Assembly (NCBI RefSeq): GCF_002105155.1
Contig: NW_019029023.1
Span: 248,001 to 312,000 of the forward strand
Direction of reading: 5' to 3'
DNA: 64,000 nt
Origin: Lobosporangium transversale
Lineage: Eukaryota
Shown: one piece after another, positions 42,875 to 57,400 of the stretch
How positions within the stretch are numbered: the first letter of the stretch is position 1
How the letters are laid out: each line of letters begins with the position of its first letter
The notes under the pieces: generated by a model
Seen by the model: only the letters and a program-made list of their open reading frames with translations
What the model was told of the DNA's origin: nothing
Databases searched by the model: none
Position numbers and translations under genes: made by a program

Positions 42875-45846
42875 TCATACAGAAACCTTTAAAGCCCTGT
42901 TTTTCTTGAGTACCTCTGACAGTGCCAGAGCTCCTTCTTCCCCAATTGAGTTGCCGTACAAGTCCAAATCGGTCAGACTGGTGTTTGTCTTGAGTGCCTC
43001 TGACAGCGCCAGAGCTCCTTCTTTCCCAATTGAGTTGCCGTACAAGTTCAAATTGGTCAGACTGGAGTTTGTCTTGAGTGCCTCTGACAGTGCCAGAGCT
43101 CCTTCCTTCCCAATTGAGTTCCTCTCCAAGTTCAAATGGGTCAGACTGGCATTAGTCTTGAGTGCCTCTGACAGTGCCAGAGCTCCTTCATTCCCAATTG
43201 AGTTGTACTCCAAGTTCAAATGGGTCAGACTGGTGTTTGTCTTGAGTGCCTCTGACAGTGCCAGAGCTCCTTCTTCCCCAATAGAGTTGTAACTCAAGTC
43301 CAAATTGGTCAGACTGGAGTTTGTCTTGAGTGCCTCTGACAGTGCCAGAGCTCCTTCTTTCCCAATTGAGTTGCTCTCCAAGTTCAAAATGGTCAGACTG
43401 GAGTTTGTCTTGAGTGCCTCTGACAGTGCCAGAGCTCCTTCCTTCCCAATTGAGTTCCTCTCCAAGTTCAAAATGGTCAGACTGGTGTTTGTCTTGAGTG
43501 CCTCTGACAGTGCCAGAGCTCCTTCTTTCCCAATTGAGTTGCTCTCCAAGTTCAAATTGGTCAGACTGGAGTTTGTCTTGAGTGCCTCTGACAGTGCCAG
43601 AGCTCCTTCCTTCCCAATTGAGTTCCTCTCCAAGTCCAAATCGGTCAGACTGGAGTTTGTCTTGAGTACCTCTGCCAGTACCAGAGCTCCTTCATTCCCA
43701 ATAAAGTTGTATCGTAAGTTCATATTGGTCAGACTGGTGTTTGACTTGAGTGCCTCTGACAGCGCATGAACCTCTCCTTTTCCAACTAAGCTGCCCACAA
43801 ACCTAAAGTGCTTAAAGCCGTGCCACTGTTGAGCGTATCCATGAGTGCCAGACCCCCCTTCTTCCCAATTGAGTTGCTTTGCAGATCTAAAATGCTCAGA
43901 CTGGAGTTTGTCTTGAGTGCCTCTGACAGTGCCAGAGCTCCTTCATCCCCAATAGAGTTGCTCATCAAGTTCAAATTGGCCAGACTGGAGTTTGTCTTGA
44001 GTGCCTCTGACAGTGCCAGAGCTCCTTCATCCCCAATTGAATTGTAACTCAAGTCCAAATTGGTCAAACTGGTGTTTGTCTTGAGTACTTTTGAAAGTGC
44101 GAGGGCCTCTTTATTCCCAATCGAGTTAGATGCTAAGTCCAAAGTGGCCAAAGCCTCGAGTGAATTTATAAGCGGTGGAAATTCACTAGCTCTCATCCTT
44201 CGAGGCCTCATCCCAATGGATAACTTGTGAAGATGTGACGATTTTACGCTTTGTAGATTGGAAAGATGTTTGGCTTCCGGAGGAAGTACAACATGAATCG
44301 TCTTCATATTGTTAAGTTCTATGATGCCTACAAGTTTTTCATGCCTTGTTGAAAGTAGTTTCCTGACTATGCTTCCTTGAGATTCTCCAAGGTCAAGTCG
44401 AAGGATCGATACACTCGATACGCTTAGTGCATTCTTCAGCGCTTCCAGATCAGTCCTGGTCCAATCCCAGTCCTTGCTGAATGTGATCTCCAACTCGTAA
44501 ATATGTTTAGCTTTGGTCAAGGCTTCGAAGAACTCTCTAGCTGTGATCCTGGATTTCAGCTCAATGACCACTTTACCGAGCTGTGAGTCATATTTGCCTC
44601 CATTCATCGCCACAACATCTTCAAACGATTTCTGTTCTTTCTCTTTATACGTTGAGCGATAGTGATCGACACAAACCCATTTGACATGCCCCCTTTCGGT
44701 CGTAGTCCTGTACAAGTTGCCAAGCTGCCTGTTTTCATCATTGGTTTGAAGGAATGTGCTCAGCCGTCGGAGATCTGCTCCTTCAAGTCCCTCATAGTCA
44801 TCCATTGTGTTGAAGTCATTCAAGGCTGGGTTTTCCTTTGTGAGTTCATCCAAATAGTCGATCGAATATTTAATACCGGCATCGATTAGGTTCGAGGCTG
44901 GTGTCAAAGAAGAACCTGGAGATGTTCCCATCCCCAACTTGAGTCCTTGTAATAAGATGATCATGTATTTCCCATATTTTTGAAAGAACTCTGTGCTGTT
45001 TCGGATCTCATATCCTTCATGTCTGGCAAGATGGGTTTTATTCTTCTGGCTGTTCTTGCTTGCCTTTTCAGAGCGATCCTCACATTCACATAAGAAGTGA
45101 AGGCGAACCTTGTTCCTCAAGATATTCATCGGATCCCAGTTGGTGTTGTCAACAGGCAGAATGATAAAGAGTCGAGGGATTGGATACTCGTGTAGCTCAA
45201 AGGTCTGGACAAGGATAGCATCGGCTTTCTGTTGAAGGATGGCAAGTCTGTCAAGGGTTTGATGGTGCAGTTTAATCCCCTCTTGAAGCAACACTTTAAT
45301 CTCCCCTTGAAGCAACACTTTAATCTCTTTAATATCATCAGTAAGAGATGGGTTGTGAGCTTGAACCAAGTTTGATATAGGCAAAGGAGGGTTCTGAGGG
45401 ACTACATTCTCAGCCTCTCTCGATGTCGGCAAATAGACAACGGCATTGCTGCTACTGTTGCTTTCGCTGTTGCCACTACTGGACTGTGATACTTCCGCAA
45501 AGACGTCCAGAATCATGCCAGGATAGGATGCAATGCGCAAAGGCTCGATCCTATTAGAAAAAAAGACGTGCCAAATTGTCAAATTGGGTTCTTTTTATTT
45601 TTCAGAGCAATTGACAAAGTCGCCATAATTATAAATAATTTACCAGGTGCCGTTATGGTCTGCAAGGAATGGAACAGGATGCCCATCAAGTTTGAATCGG
45701 AGCGCACCTGGAAACACTTGTTGAATGTCTTGCAAAGTCACACAGTACGACAAGTTGCCATTGCTTGTGGAGATGGGGGCAGTTCTGACACAAACTTCCT
45801 CAATGAGGTTGTTGTATCGGAATTGTTGGTATTGAGGTTCTGTCAT
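42875..45846 (-). CDS. LRR-family paralogue 4, about 15 LRRs; one 1-bp frameshift at about 43795 (real or assembly error); intron 45551-45643
   Basis: Sister of 10893-13658. The 68-aa, 598-aa and 307-aa ORFs join via a 93-nt intron and by restoring one G (TGGGCAGC here vs TGGGGCAGC in the sister). Confidence 0.8.
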
Positions 45847-46562
45847 TTCGGTGGTGATTCAAGGGATGATGACAAGATGAAGAAAAGAGAAAAAAGCTCT
45901 CATTTCTCAATGTTAGGAGATGCTAGTTGATTGTTTTTCAGCTTAGCCTCTTGAAGTGGCAGGGCTGGGAAAATTATGCTTGATCTTGCATGAATCCGCT
46001 GGCTGTATTTTCATCCCAGAGTGCTGTAAATTTATCCCGTCAGGATGCATTGATTGAGACCAGCAATTAATGGTTTGCCCTCCTGCTATGGTTAAAGTCT
46101 GATGATACGATTGAGAGAGGTGAGTATAGAGGTCAAGTCAAGCCATAAAAAAACGCGTCTTGAGCTATCAGTATGAACAGCACAGCCATAACAGCGCACC
46201 GCACTTGACTGATCAGTGAACCTGTGCATTTTTGCCATTTACTATCTAGTATTTTTGGATCCATTGGTATCTTTAAGGACACTGACCCCAATTAACAAAG
46301 AGGAACCAGCTTGGGTTTCACTCGAGTACCATATTGAATACACGAACGTAGTTAAGGTCATTGAACAGTACGCTCCAAGGCACACATCCCGGAAGAATCA
46401 CCGTAAAGGATAACTCTCCTATATATCCGTCTGCTAAGGTATGCCATGATCGATTGTCTTGGCTTTAGCATAACTAGCCCATGCGCGAACTTTGCTATTA
46501 AAAAAAGAGAAAAAGAAAAAGGTCTAAAATAAAATTGAATGAAATTAAAAACTAGGATGGCA

Positions 46563-46593
<31 letters not shown>

Positions 46594-47735
46594 CCCAATC
46601 AGAGTCCCTTGCTCAGGGCGTTGGTCGACTTGCTCAAAGATGTTTTCCAAGTGCAATCGATCTTGTAGTGTGCGCGCATATGAAGATGCAAAAGTAGCAC
46701 TGGTAATCGGAAGGAAATAAAGCCAATCTTTATTCGGGGGGGAAAGGCCTGCTCTATAAAATAGTATGAGAGCTCTATTTAAGCTATTTTGGCTCTAGGA
46801 TTTGGGCGAAGCGTTGTCAATTCTAGTGCGTGTAGACTCCGTTGCAGAAGACCAATGTTCCGGTATGCAGAGTTCAAGCCACCAGTACCGCCATCGTTAT
46901 CAGTTGTAAGTTGCGCTGTAGCACAGTTGTACCTGGTAGCACACGGCAAGAGTGTTCCAAAAGATGTCGAGGCCCACGATTTCGGGCACAAGTCTCGGAA
47001 GAGACTGAGGATTCACTCTTTCTTAGGGAAGGACATTAAATACTAATTTGCGGTTAATTCTTGCAGACTCTGATTGAGGCGGACAAAATTCTTGATTGCA
47101 GAACATGCCATGGTGAGGGATCTCGATGATAGGGCCGACTGAAAAGAGTCGCTTGTACCCGCTTGACCTTGATATTGAGCTTGACCTTGACCTTGACCTT
47201 GGGCTGTAGTGGGGAAAATGATTTTCTTAATATATTTATTTATTTATCCCCCTTTTGAAAATCTATAGTCTATAGGTCGCTACGCTTTTCGATGCTTGAT
47301 GATTGATGATTGAGGGTGATTGAGAACTGGGAGTTAAGGAGGAGGAGGAAGGCTTTACTGGCAATAGAGAAATAGTTTTGATCCGTATGCGAGTGAATTT
47401 TATTTTTTTAACCTGACAAAGACTCTATTGTACCGAATTATTATTATTATTATTATTGTTGTTGTTGTTGTTTTTTGTTTTTTTTTTTTTTCTTTGACTA
47501 TATCTTATTGTTACATTATCAAGTAGTATTATTTCTGGCAGAGATGAGATCAATCTATCAGTAAATCACTTAAGAATAAAGAACAGTAGCAAGCAGTATT
47601 AAAGGGAAAAAAAAAAAAAAAAAAAAAAAAAAATAGTCTTCTTCATGCTTTTCATGCATCTTGCCTTACCTTACCTTACCTTACCTTGCCTTACCTTATC
47701 TGCTTGTGTGCTTGTGCCTGTGTTTTCAGTTGTAA

Positions 47736-47740
<5 letters not shown>

Positions 47741-47773
<33 letters not shown>
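47741..47773. repeat. (TA)n microsatellite
   Basis: Direct reading. Confidence 0.9.
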
Positions 47774-47775
<2 letters not shown>

Positions 47776-50063
47776 CTATGGTCGCGTAACAGGTTAGGTT
47801 GATTGATCAGACTGATAACGCGAGACAAGGTTATGAGTGAGCCCCGTTTAAGAAGACAAAGAGATCTGTAAAATCATTAGACGGACAGGTTTTATTTTTT
47901 CGATATTACTCCTGAGTCATCTGCTTTGCCCTGATACAGTAGTTTATTCTCTTTTTAGGATTATTTACGTGTAATAATGCTATATATGTGTATGTATATA
48001 TATATCATGTTTACAAGTGTAACAATGGTATACATGTATACTGTATATATATACATATAAGAAGGTTATTTGATCAAAGAAGAAGAAGAGGGTGTCTGAG
48101 GTAAACATATCAGATCCAAGGATTGGGGAAATCATCATGATGACTTTAATATAATTTGTCTCAAATGTAATTATAAAAGCGCGGAGTGAGAACGAGAGGC
48201 GGTGTGGCCATGCAAACTTTGGCTCTTTTTGTGTTTTTGACGCTTAGCCAACAACAACAACAACAACAAAAAAAAAAATTAAAGCTCAATGGGTCATAAA
48301 GTCGGCAGGATATTTTTTTTTGGTTTCTTAATGTTTATTTAACATTATATAAATACTTTATTTTATCTTTTTTAATGTAATGTAATATAATTATAAATAT
48401 ATACATATATATAATAATCCTTGTTATTTTATTCGAATCAAGTAGGACGAAGAAAAAAAAAAAAAGGACCAACCAACGAGAACAAAGACTGGTAATGGAA
48501 AAATAATAAAGGTCCTGGGCCTAAAGAGGAAGGGCCATTGCTTTTCTGTCTCTTTGTCTTGTCCGAACGGACAATAGAAATATAATAGTGTTTAGTTTGG
48601 GTTGCACCAGTTCATGAATGCTATTGACATGACAACAACAAGACTAGTTCTCTACAAAAGCAAAAGGGAGATTTGTTTTGATGCTGGGAAGAGAATGTAT
48701 ACAGATCAGAAATAAAAAAAAAAGGGGGGAGGAGAGAATGAAAGAAAGAAAGAAGAAAAGAGATTGGATTGAACATGGATTGGATGTGTCAAGTGTCCAT
48801 TGTGTGCAGCTGATTAAGTGATGTGCATGTGCAACTGTGTAAAGTGTAAAAAGGTATTAGTTGTGTTAGTATATTGGTGCTAGAGACAAGGGATGAATGA
48901 GGGGAGGGGGAGAGAAGAAGAAGTGAAGGAGAGAAAGAGAATGAGAATGAGAATGAGAATGAGAGAATAAGAGTAAGAATAAGAATGAAGATGTAACGAA
49001 AGACAAAGAGAGAGAGATTGAGAGAGATAGAGAGAGATAGAGAGAGATTGAGAGAGAAAGAGAGAGAGAGAAAGAGTAAATCACACGGCAAGCGGGATCG
49101 CTCCCTTTTTTCCCTCTCCCGCAACTGTCCCATCACAAACGTATGTTTTGTATCGTACCCTTTTTTACCTTTTTACCCTTCATATAGATGAATATTTTAT
49201 TGTCGGGCTTACTTCTTCCCTTGTTGATTATTGTTGATTGTTTGTTGATGAAGTCAAGCAAGTGTCTTTTCTCTCTTTCTCTTTCTCCTCTCTCTCCTCA
49301 CTCTCTCTTTCTCTTTCATTCTCTCTTGACTTTACTCCTTTTCTCTATCTCTCTTTATCTTCATTCACTCCATCGCTTTCTTTCTTTCTTTCTTTCTTTT
49401 CTTTCTTTAATACGATTGTTTATTAGTTAACTACCATTCATTACCTTATTATCTCATTACTATTTCCCTACTATACTATACGACTATACCTTTTGTATCT
49501 TTATCCTTCCCTTCTCCTCCTCCATTACTATCCTTCTCTCTCTTCTCTCTCTCTTCTCTCTCTCTCTCTCTTTTTCTCTTTTTTTTTTTTTACTTTCATC
49601 CTACATTCATTCTCTCATTCTCTCATTCTCCTCTCTCTTTCTCTCATTCACCTTTTCTTTGCAAGTCATTAAAAAAAGAAAAAAAAAGAAAAGCGCAACG
49701 TGCTCCTTTTTGTTCATTATTCTTTCATTGCTCACTGTCCTGTCCGTGCTTGTGCTTGTTAACGATCAACTGTCTATTCCCACTCTCGCCTTTTCTCTTT
49801 CTCTCCCTCTCCCTCTCCTCGCTCTGTCTTAATTCCATCCATCACATTCACCCCCCCGTTATTTTTTAATATCACGACCACGACACGACACTTGACTTGG
49901 GCATGAACTGAACATTCACCTCATCTCTCTCTCTCTTTCCTCCCCTTTCCTCTTTTTTTTTTAAACTTTTTCTTATTACCAACTTACCCTTCACTTGAAT
50001 ATCTCCCTGTTGCTTTGCTTGCTTGACTTCTGTCCTCAACCCTGTCCTGTATCATTGCCTCTC

Positions 50064-52530
50064 ATGACACCCTCGGACAGGCTGCCGCACCCGCAACAGC
50101 ATCCTCAGCGGCTTCACTATGCCTCCAGTCCTCCACTCCAACATCAATCCCATCCTCATCCCCAGCACCAGCACCAGCACCAGCACCAGCATCAGCACCA
50201 GCACCCACACCATTACCCTCTTCCAACACCCCATCCACATCCACATCCACATCTACATTTTCAATCCCATCCTTCTTCCCCATATCCACAAGAACCCTCT
50301 CAGCATCAATCCCTTCTACGCCACAACGACTCTTCAGACCATTATCAATCCCATCCCCATCACTCTCATCCTCACCGACAACAGTTCTTGACTCATCCTT
50401 CAATTCCTACCTCTCCATACACTGCCCCATACCCTCTATCCGAACCCCAGCGTGCCCTTCCTACTCCTTCACACCTGACAACTCCTCCTACACAACGACA
50501 CCATGGCTCAGACTCTTATTTCTACCGTGACCATTCAGACAGTCGTTACTCTCCCGCAACTCAATACACTCCACAACAGCATCATGACCATCCACCCTTG
50601 TCTGCCCATCACGAACCTCCATCACGCCACCATTCCTCCACACTCCAGTACTCTGATCGCTCTCCCGATCGTTCCCTTCCCTACTACTCTCATTCACCCC
50701 ATGGATCACCCTATGAACCTGATCCTCAGAGGCTCTCACCCCAAGCACGAACACTGCAGCCTCGTACTCAAGAGCACACGTGGAATCAGCAAGGGTCTTC
50801 TTCTTCATCAGTCCCCTCTTTTCAACCTGATCAGTCAATGGACCAGAATGCAGATTCGACTTGCACTCAACGACCCGATCGCCATTACGTCCTGACCAGC
50901 GTCAACTCGACTGCTTCCACATTTACACAGAGGCAACTCTCCGTCTCCACCTCGGCCAATTACTCTGCCGTTACCTCTACGTCCGCATCAGCCATGCCCT
51001 CTCCCTTATCCTCCTCACCTCTATCCACACAACGTCAACCTGCGCACGGTGACGAGCCTTCGTTCGTCCACGAGCGTCAGGGTCGAGATAACGGTACAAA
51101 AGTGCCCCAACCGAGACCAACACCTATCCGCACGAAACTGAGCAGGGACTTGAGCCGGGAGTGTCCACCCCTGTCGTTCCAGAGTAGCTCCAGTCAATCC
51201 ACAGGTAGAACAGAAAGCAGAGCCTCACCCTCAACACCACGCTCCTCCATGCTCCCCTCCATGATGCCAAGTTCTGCATTTGATGAATCAAGATCCGGTC
51301 TTTTTGAACACTCAAAGAGTATCCATCCCACCCCTTTTGATCAACATCATCACCTTCTGAAACATAACCATTTTCATCAGCAGACGACCCAGAGATCCAT
51401 CTACGTCTTCCCATCGCCTGTTGAGTATCGCGACTCGGGTCTTTACCGCGATGATCATGATATGGAACATTGTTCTGAGCAGGACGATGTTCGCGAACGT
51501 GAACATGAAGAGGAAGATGAGGATGAGGATGAAGATGAAGCTCAGCATGCTAGAAAAATTGCTCGACATAATCTGGCAACAGGCGCCAAGGATAGGGATA
51601 GGGATAGGGATTGTGATAAGGATAAGGATCGATCAGGAGTTTCCACTCAAAATAATGTTCATCATCCTCAACATCATAATAATAATATTAATAATAATGG
51701 CCAGTTTGTACGCCCGTCCAAAAATGGAGTGGACGAAGAAGGCGATGACGCTGAGGATGGCAGTGGCAGTGGCAGTGGCAGTGGCAGTGGCAGTGGTAGT
51801 AGCGGTAGTCGGAAGCCAAGTTTGACAAACAGTCCGCCGAGGGAAGAATCAAAGTCATTGCGGAAAATCGCCAAACCTAAAACTGCTCAAAAGGGAGGAT
51901 CAGGAACAGGAACAGGGGCAGGGATAGTCTCCCGACCACCTTCATTCCAGGCGGCCCTGGAAGACGCGATTGCAGAGTATGTGTTCATCTTGCAGCCCTC
52001 AAAATTTGAGGGTATAATACCGTCGTTAAGGTTTTCTTTTCTTTTTTTTTTTTTTTTTTTTTTTTTACTAATATCATGGGACTAACATGTAAAGGTTTTC
52101 TTTTATTCTTTTTTTTTTCTTTAAAAGATTTGAGGAAGAGGGTCATGGCCAGGATGGATCTGGTGCACAATCCCTGAAGGGCCAAGGACTCGGCCATTAT
52201 GCTCCACTCGTTTGTGATCTTGTGGAGAGAAGACGTGTTACCACTTATAATGATGTATGTGACTCATTCATTCTTCATTCTGAGGATATCTGATCTTTTT
52301 TTTTTTTTTTTTTCCTTTTCTTTTCGTAAACGAATGTTTTTTTTTTTTTTTTTTTTTTCTTTTCTTTTGGCAGGTTATTAATTTTTCCTTTTTTCTTCTG
52401 CTCTCCCTTTCTTTTAACCTTTCTTGTAATAATATGGTAAATAAATAGCTTGTACAAGATCTTGCGAGTAGTCAGCCGATTGAGCGCGCAGAGGGCATGA
52501 CGACTCAAGAACAAGGGGTAACAAATATCC

Positions 52531-52565
<35 letters not shown>

Positions 52566-53317
52566 TTTGTGGCAGACTAATTTCGTTTTGCTGGATAGCA
52601 ATCATCAATGAGAAGTTATTTTATGAGCATCAGATGACTAATCTTGAGGGATATATTTTCTTATTTCAAAAAAAAAAAAAATAAATTAATCCTGGTAGAA
52701 CATCCGTCGCCGAGTCTATGACGCCTTGAATATTTTGGAGGCACTTGGTATTATCTCTATGGACAAAAAGGAAATCCATTGGATCGGGATCTTGGATTCG
52801 AAACCGATTCGGGAGGTCTCTCGCAAGGTTCAACTTGCCAATCCATCACCACCCCAGACTGTATACTCCTCTCCTAGGCTTCAACAACGTGAGCGTGATG
52901 GAGCGGATGAAAGTGAGGAACCGGAGGATGATGAGATGGAGATTGAACAATTGCAGGTAAAAGCAAAAAGCAAAAAGTAAAAGCGAAAGCTTTTTTTTTA
53001 TTTGTTTTCTGTTTTTGTCAAATGGATATTTCTTATAAAACAAAACAAAACAAAAAAAAAAAAAAAAAAAAAAAAGTTGATATTTTTTCTCACCCAATGC
53101 GTGTTTTTCTTCTTCTTCTTCTGTTTATAGAAAGAGGTGGAGGCTATGAAACTTCGTAACGCTCTTGAATTGGCTCGTCTTCAAGACCAGGTCGCTCGTG
53201 TAAGTTTTTTTTTTTTTTTTTGCTCAACTAGCTACTCGTTTTTTAAGCTTTTACAAAGTTTTTTTTTTTACGATGGACGGTATGATAACCATGAACACAA
53301 AACTTTGATTTTTTGTT

Positions 53318-53365
<48 letters not shown>

Positions 53366-54421
53366 ATATACATATACACATATGCACAGCATGTCCAAGT
53401 AAATAACCTTATTGAACGTAATAAGCTCCGGGAAGAAAAAGAGTTGGAGCGACAATTACGTCGACGTCAAAGGAAACAGGAACGGAAGGAGGAGAAGCGG
53501 GCACAGGCATTATTAGGCTCTGGTGCGACTGCTCTTAATGATGGCGAATCGATGGATGTTCAGGATGATGCTGGGGAGGCGGAGGTACAGGCAAGGAAAT
53601 CAGAGAGACGTCATCGACATCATCGCCATCGTTCTCCAAGGATCGATAGAGAGAAAGATGGAGAGGATGCAGTACAGGTTGATGGAGCGAATGTTGAATC
53701 GGGAGTGGAGATGATGGATGAGGAGACTGCTCGAAAGATCCGTAAACAGGAACGTAGGGAGAGACGGGAACGTAAGGAGAAACGAGCACAGAGACGACTA
53801 GAGAGAGAGTCTGCAGCATGTGGAGAGGAAAATGGAGATGTTGAGCAGATTCAGTTGCCCTTTGTGGGTGTCAAGATCCCACGGTATGCAGGACAGAGCT
53901 CCGATTCTGAAGCTAGTATATCAGTAGTGCGCCGTGTACGTGAGGAGCAGCGATCCCGAAAGAGGTAAGGCAGCTGGGAAAAATCTTGTCCATGTCATCA
54001 CGCGTGATTGATTGATTTTTTTTTTTGTTTTGTTTTGTTTTGTTTTGTGTAATGTTACAGACGAAATTATTGACACGTAAGAATACGTTATTAATATAAT
54101 TATATGCTATGATATGATATGACATGATATCATGATTTTAGTGGCAAGAGTAAGAAACAGGGTCAGAGCACGAATGGAGATGAGACGACCATGGTAGAGA
54201 TCAAGATACCGCATCAGGAGGAGTTGAGCATCATCTCGGACACGGAGATCCTTGGGGACTTGGGACTGAACCAGGTACCACTGAATGATCTCAAGGCTAT
54301 GCTTCCGGAGGAAGCATTCAACAAATTCAGTTATACCACCACTACTACTGAAAATGGCGACGTCATCGCGACAGTCCAGGGTGGATTTGAGCGCGCCATC
54401 GTATGCTCTGGTGCTAATTAA
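50064..54421 (+). CDS. E2F/DP-family transcription factor, DP-like (multi-exon, long His/Pro/Ser-rich N-terminus)
   Basis: Spliced winged-helix [28 protein letters not shown]..|[32 protein letters not shown] dimerisation motifs IQLPFVGV and [13 protein letters not shown]. Confidence 0.88.
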
Positions 54422-57400
54422 TAATTTATTTTATTTTACTTTATTTTATTATATTTATTTATTTATTTATTACTGTGTATTTTTCGATTTTACTTTTTAC
54501 TTTTAACTTTTAACTTTTATTTTCTTTCTTTCTTTCTTTCTTTGCCACCTTTTTTTTTTTTTTTTTTTACATTCCTTGCAATCTTTGTAACATAGTCCTT
54601 ATTTATTTTTTATTTTTTTTTTTTTGCAACGATTTTTTTTTTTTTTTGTTTTTGTGTATAGTAACATCCAAAGAAAGAGAGAAATAATATTTAATATTAG
54701 CTTTATTTTTATTTTATTTTTCTTATAAAGAAAAAGAAAAAGAAAAAGAAAAAGAAAAAAGAGTAATAATAGTATTTTTAATATCAAGAGTATAGATGAT
54801 GACGAACAAAAGATGAAAAAGACCTTGTTTCGTGTTGTATACCAATGGCTATTATTATTATTTAAGACCCCGCATCCATCCATGGTGTGTGGCATGGATT
54901 ACATGAACATGTAGAGAAATAAGCAAGGGAAAAACAAAAGGTTAAGAATAGCCGACAAAAATTTCCCCATTAACACATCGTGCGTTTAGATTCATTCAGT
55001 TGATTCACATGATAATCTTTTGCTTTGCAAAGAGAGAGGAAAGCATCATAAAGCATAAAGTGTATAAATATATAAGCATAAGCAAAAAAAAAAGGATTAC
55101 GATTTTTGATGATGCAGTTGCCCATTGGACTTTTTTATTTTTTTTTTTTTTTGCTTGCAATAGTCTAAAAAATCTAAAAAAGAAAAAAAATGCCCTAACC
55201 TCCTAACCTATCAATTGCATTGATATTGGTTTTGATGTTTTGATGTTGATGTTGATGTTAATGTTAATGTTAATGTTGTGATAATGGATGGGGGTTGGGG
55301 GGAGGATGGAGCAGCTGACATGGGTGATGCGGATTGCTACACAAAGCAACAAAAAAAAAAAAAAACTGTTTTTTTTTTCCTTCCTTTTCTTCCTTTTCTT
55401 CCTTTCTTCCCGATGCGCCGCGGGAAAAAAAAAAAAAAAAAAAAAAAGTGCAATGCTTTGCCATTATCCTATCCTTGGCGAAGGAGATAATGGAGATCAA
55501 GCTGGAAAAAAAAAAAAAAAAAAAAAAAAAAGGTAATCTCTCTTTCTTACCTCATCCCAAAAAGAAAAAAAAAAGGGGAGGAATTACTTTTTTTTTTTTT
55601 TTTTTTTTTTTGTGATGGATTGATGGATCGATTGATTTGACAGATTTTGGTTTTTGGAAAAGTGGAGTTCGTGTGGATGTGTCTTTATTTACATTGTCTC
55701 CATCTCCTAAGATGCCTAGAATGGACAATGGACAATGGACAATGGACAATGAACAATGAACAGTAAGTGTATACTAATCTGTCCCCCCCCCCTTCCCCTG
55801 TTTCTCAGATATCGGTTCTCTCCTCTGTCTCTCTCCTATCTTTCACCCATCCTCTCCTCTCTTCTATGGATGTATAATATATAACATGTAATACATTCTA
55901 CAAATGTATCAAGCTCCTTTGCTTAGATCTCTTTTAAGGTCTCGCGTTTACTTTTTTTATATGCCAAAAAGAGTCCTTCTTTGGATGAAAAAAAAAGAAA
56001 AAAAAAGTTGGAGGTCAAGGCTTCAGAGTCTTGAGAGCTTATTCATTTCATGTGATCTTGACTTTGTGAGTGGAAAAAAGAAAATTTCTTTTGAGCCTTT
56101 TCTCAGTTTTTTTTTTTTTTTTTTTTTTACATGTCAATTCTTATGCAAGTCATGCATTCCTCCGGCTCTGAATCTTGGTTAGATTGTTTGATGTAACATG
56201 GGAACATTGTAACAGTAGAAGGGGACACTCACCCACTTTATGTTTTAATCTTTAAGTGTGGGGTTACAAAATGCAATGTTTGTCCATATTAGAGACAAGC
56301 AACGATTAAGAAGAAAAAAAAAAGAGAGACGTTGTGTCACAGGACAGAAGGTCAAAAAAAGGTGTAACGTGTGAGATGATTGGATACGTTGTTTATCTTG
56401 AAAGGGTCATTCGGTCGCACATTATACATCTTGAACACATTTTTTTTTTTTTTTAATTTTCATGCAAGAAAAGGTAAAGAGTTGAAGTACATAATTAAAA
56501 AAAAGTAAGACGTTAAAGAGATGTGGATTGAGACATGGGTTTCAAAACATGTTTAGGAGATGGATGGAGAGATAAAGATGGTTGAAACAGAGCAAGAAAA
56601 GTATTATATATGGATATTGGATTTGTTGATCATATATTATATAAATATTTATCTATCTATGTATTCTATTGCTATTGTGTATATATATAATAGTAAATAA
56701 TAAAATAGACAATAAAATAAAAAATAAAAAAAAGTGAGCTTGATATGCACGGCAATGGTTTAGAAAGCATGGAAGTAAAGAGGATGTAGCACACGTTGCT
56801 GCAATTGCTGCTGTTATGAACAAAGGGTCCCACGTAGCATTAGGCGGAGCAGGAATAAAAATGTAAATGACGATTTTAAATAAATTCTTGTTTTTGACAT
56901 GAACAAATGAATGGACTAGAGAAGTGTTGTTGTTGTTGTGATGTGTTTTGTGTACTACAAGAGCACATGCATGTTTACTTTTATACTTTTTTAGTTGCAC
57001 CGCATAGAGACTAAAATATTCATAAATACATCAATCAATCAATAAAAAAAGACACTATCTCTCTCTGTCTGTCTGTCTCCATGTTGAATTGTTTGAATGC
57101 AATGCATAGCATAGAGTGTAACTGCATGGATTTATGGTAGATGGCATGGGATGGATGGATGGATGGGAGATTGATACAACAAAGAGATAAGGAAAATTAC
57201 ACTAAGTTGTTGTCTTTTTATTCAATTCCTACCCACCCCCCTGCCCTGTTCCCTCTCCTTCCTCTCTATCATGCGCTCTTCTTGCTGATTGATTGTGGCA
57301 TATGCTCGGCCCTGGGACAGAACAAGGGACCCATCGTCTTTATCGTTTTGTCTTTATCTTTTTCTATTTCTACCCTTTCTCTTTCTCTTTCTCTTTTCTC

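Larger units (their letters stand above)
38736..46558 (-). repeat. Arm B of inverted segmental duplication (partner 10205-16626)
   Basis: Reverse-complement identity to arm A. It carries about 1.24 kb extra at 40844-42087 and two more LRR units. Confidence 0.93.

Noticed and set aside
46779..47390. Possible minus-strand exons (QGQGQGQAQYQGQAG...; 70-aa ORF)
   Set aside because: I could not build a consistent gene model or recognise a domain.
48789..49990. Phe/Leu/Ser-rich ORFs (also 55270-55749 and 57141-57742)
   Set aside because: They are translations of CT-rich and poly-A/T low-complexity promoter or UTR DNA.
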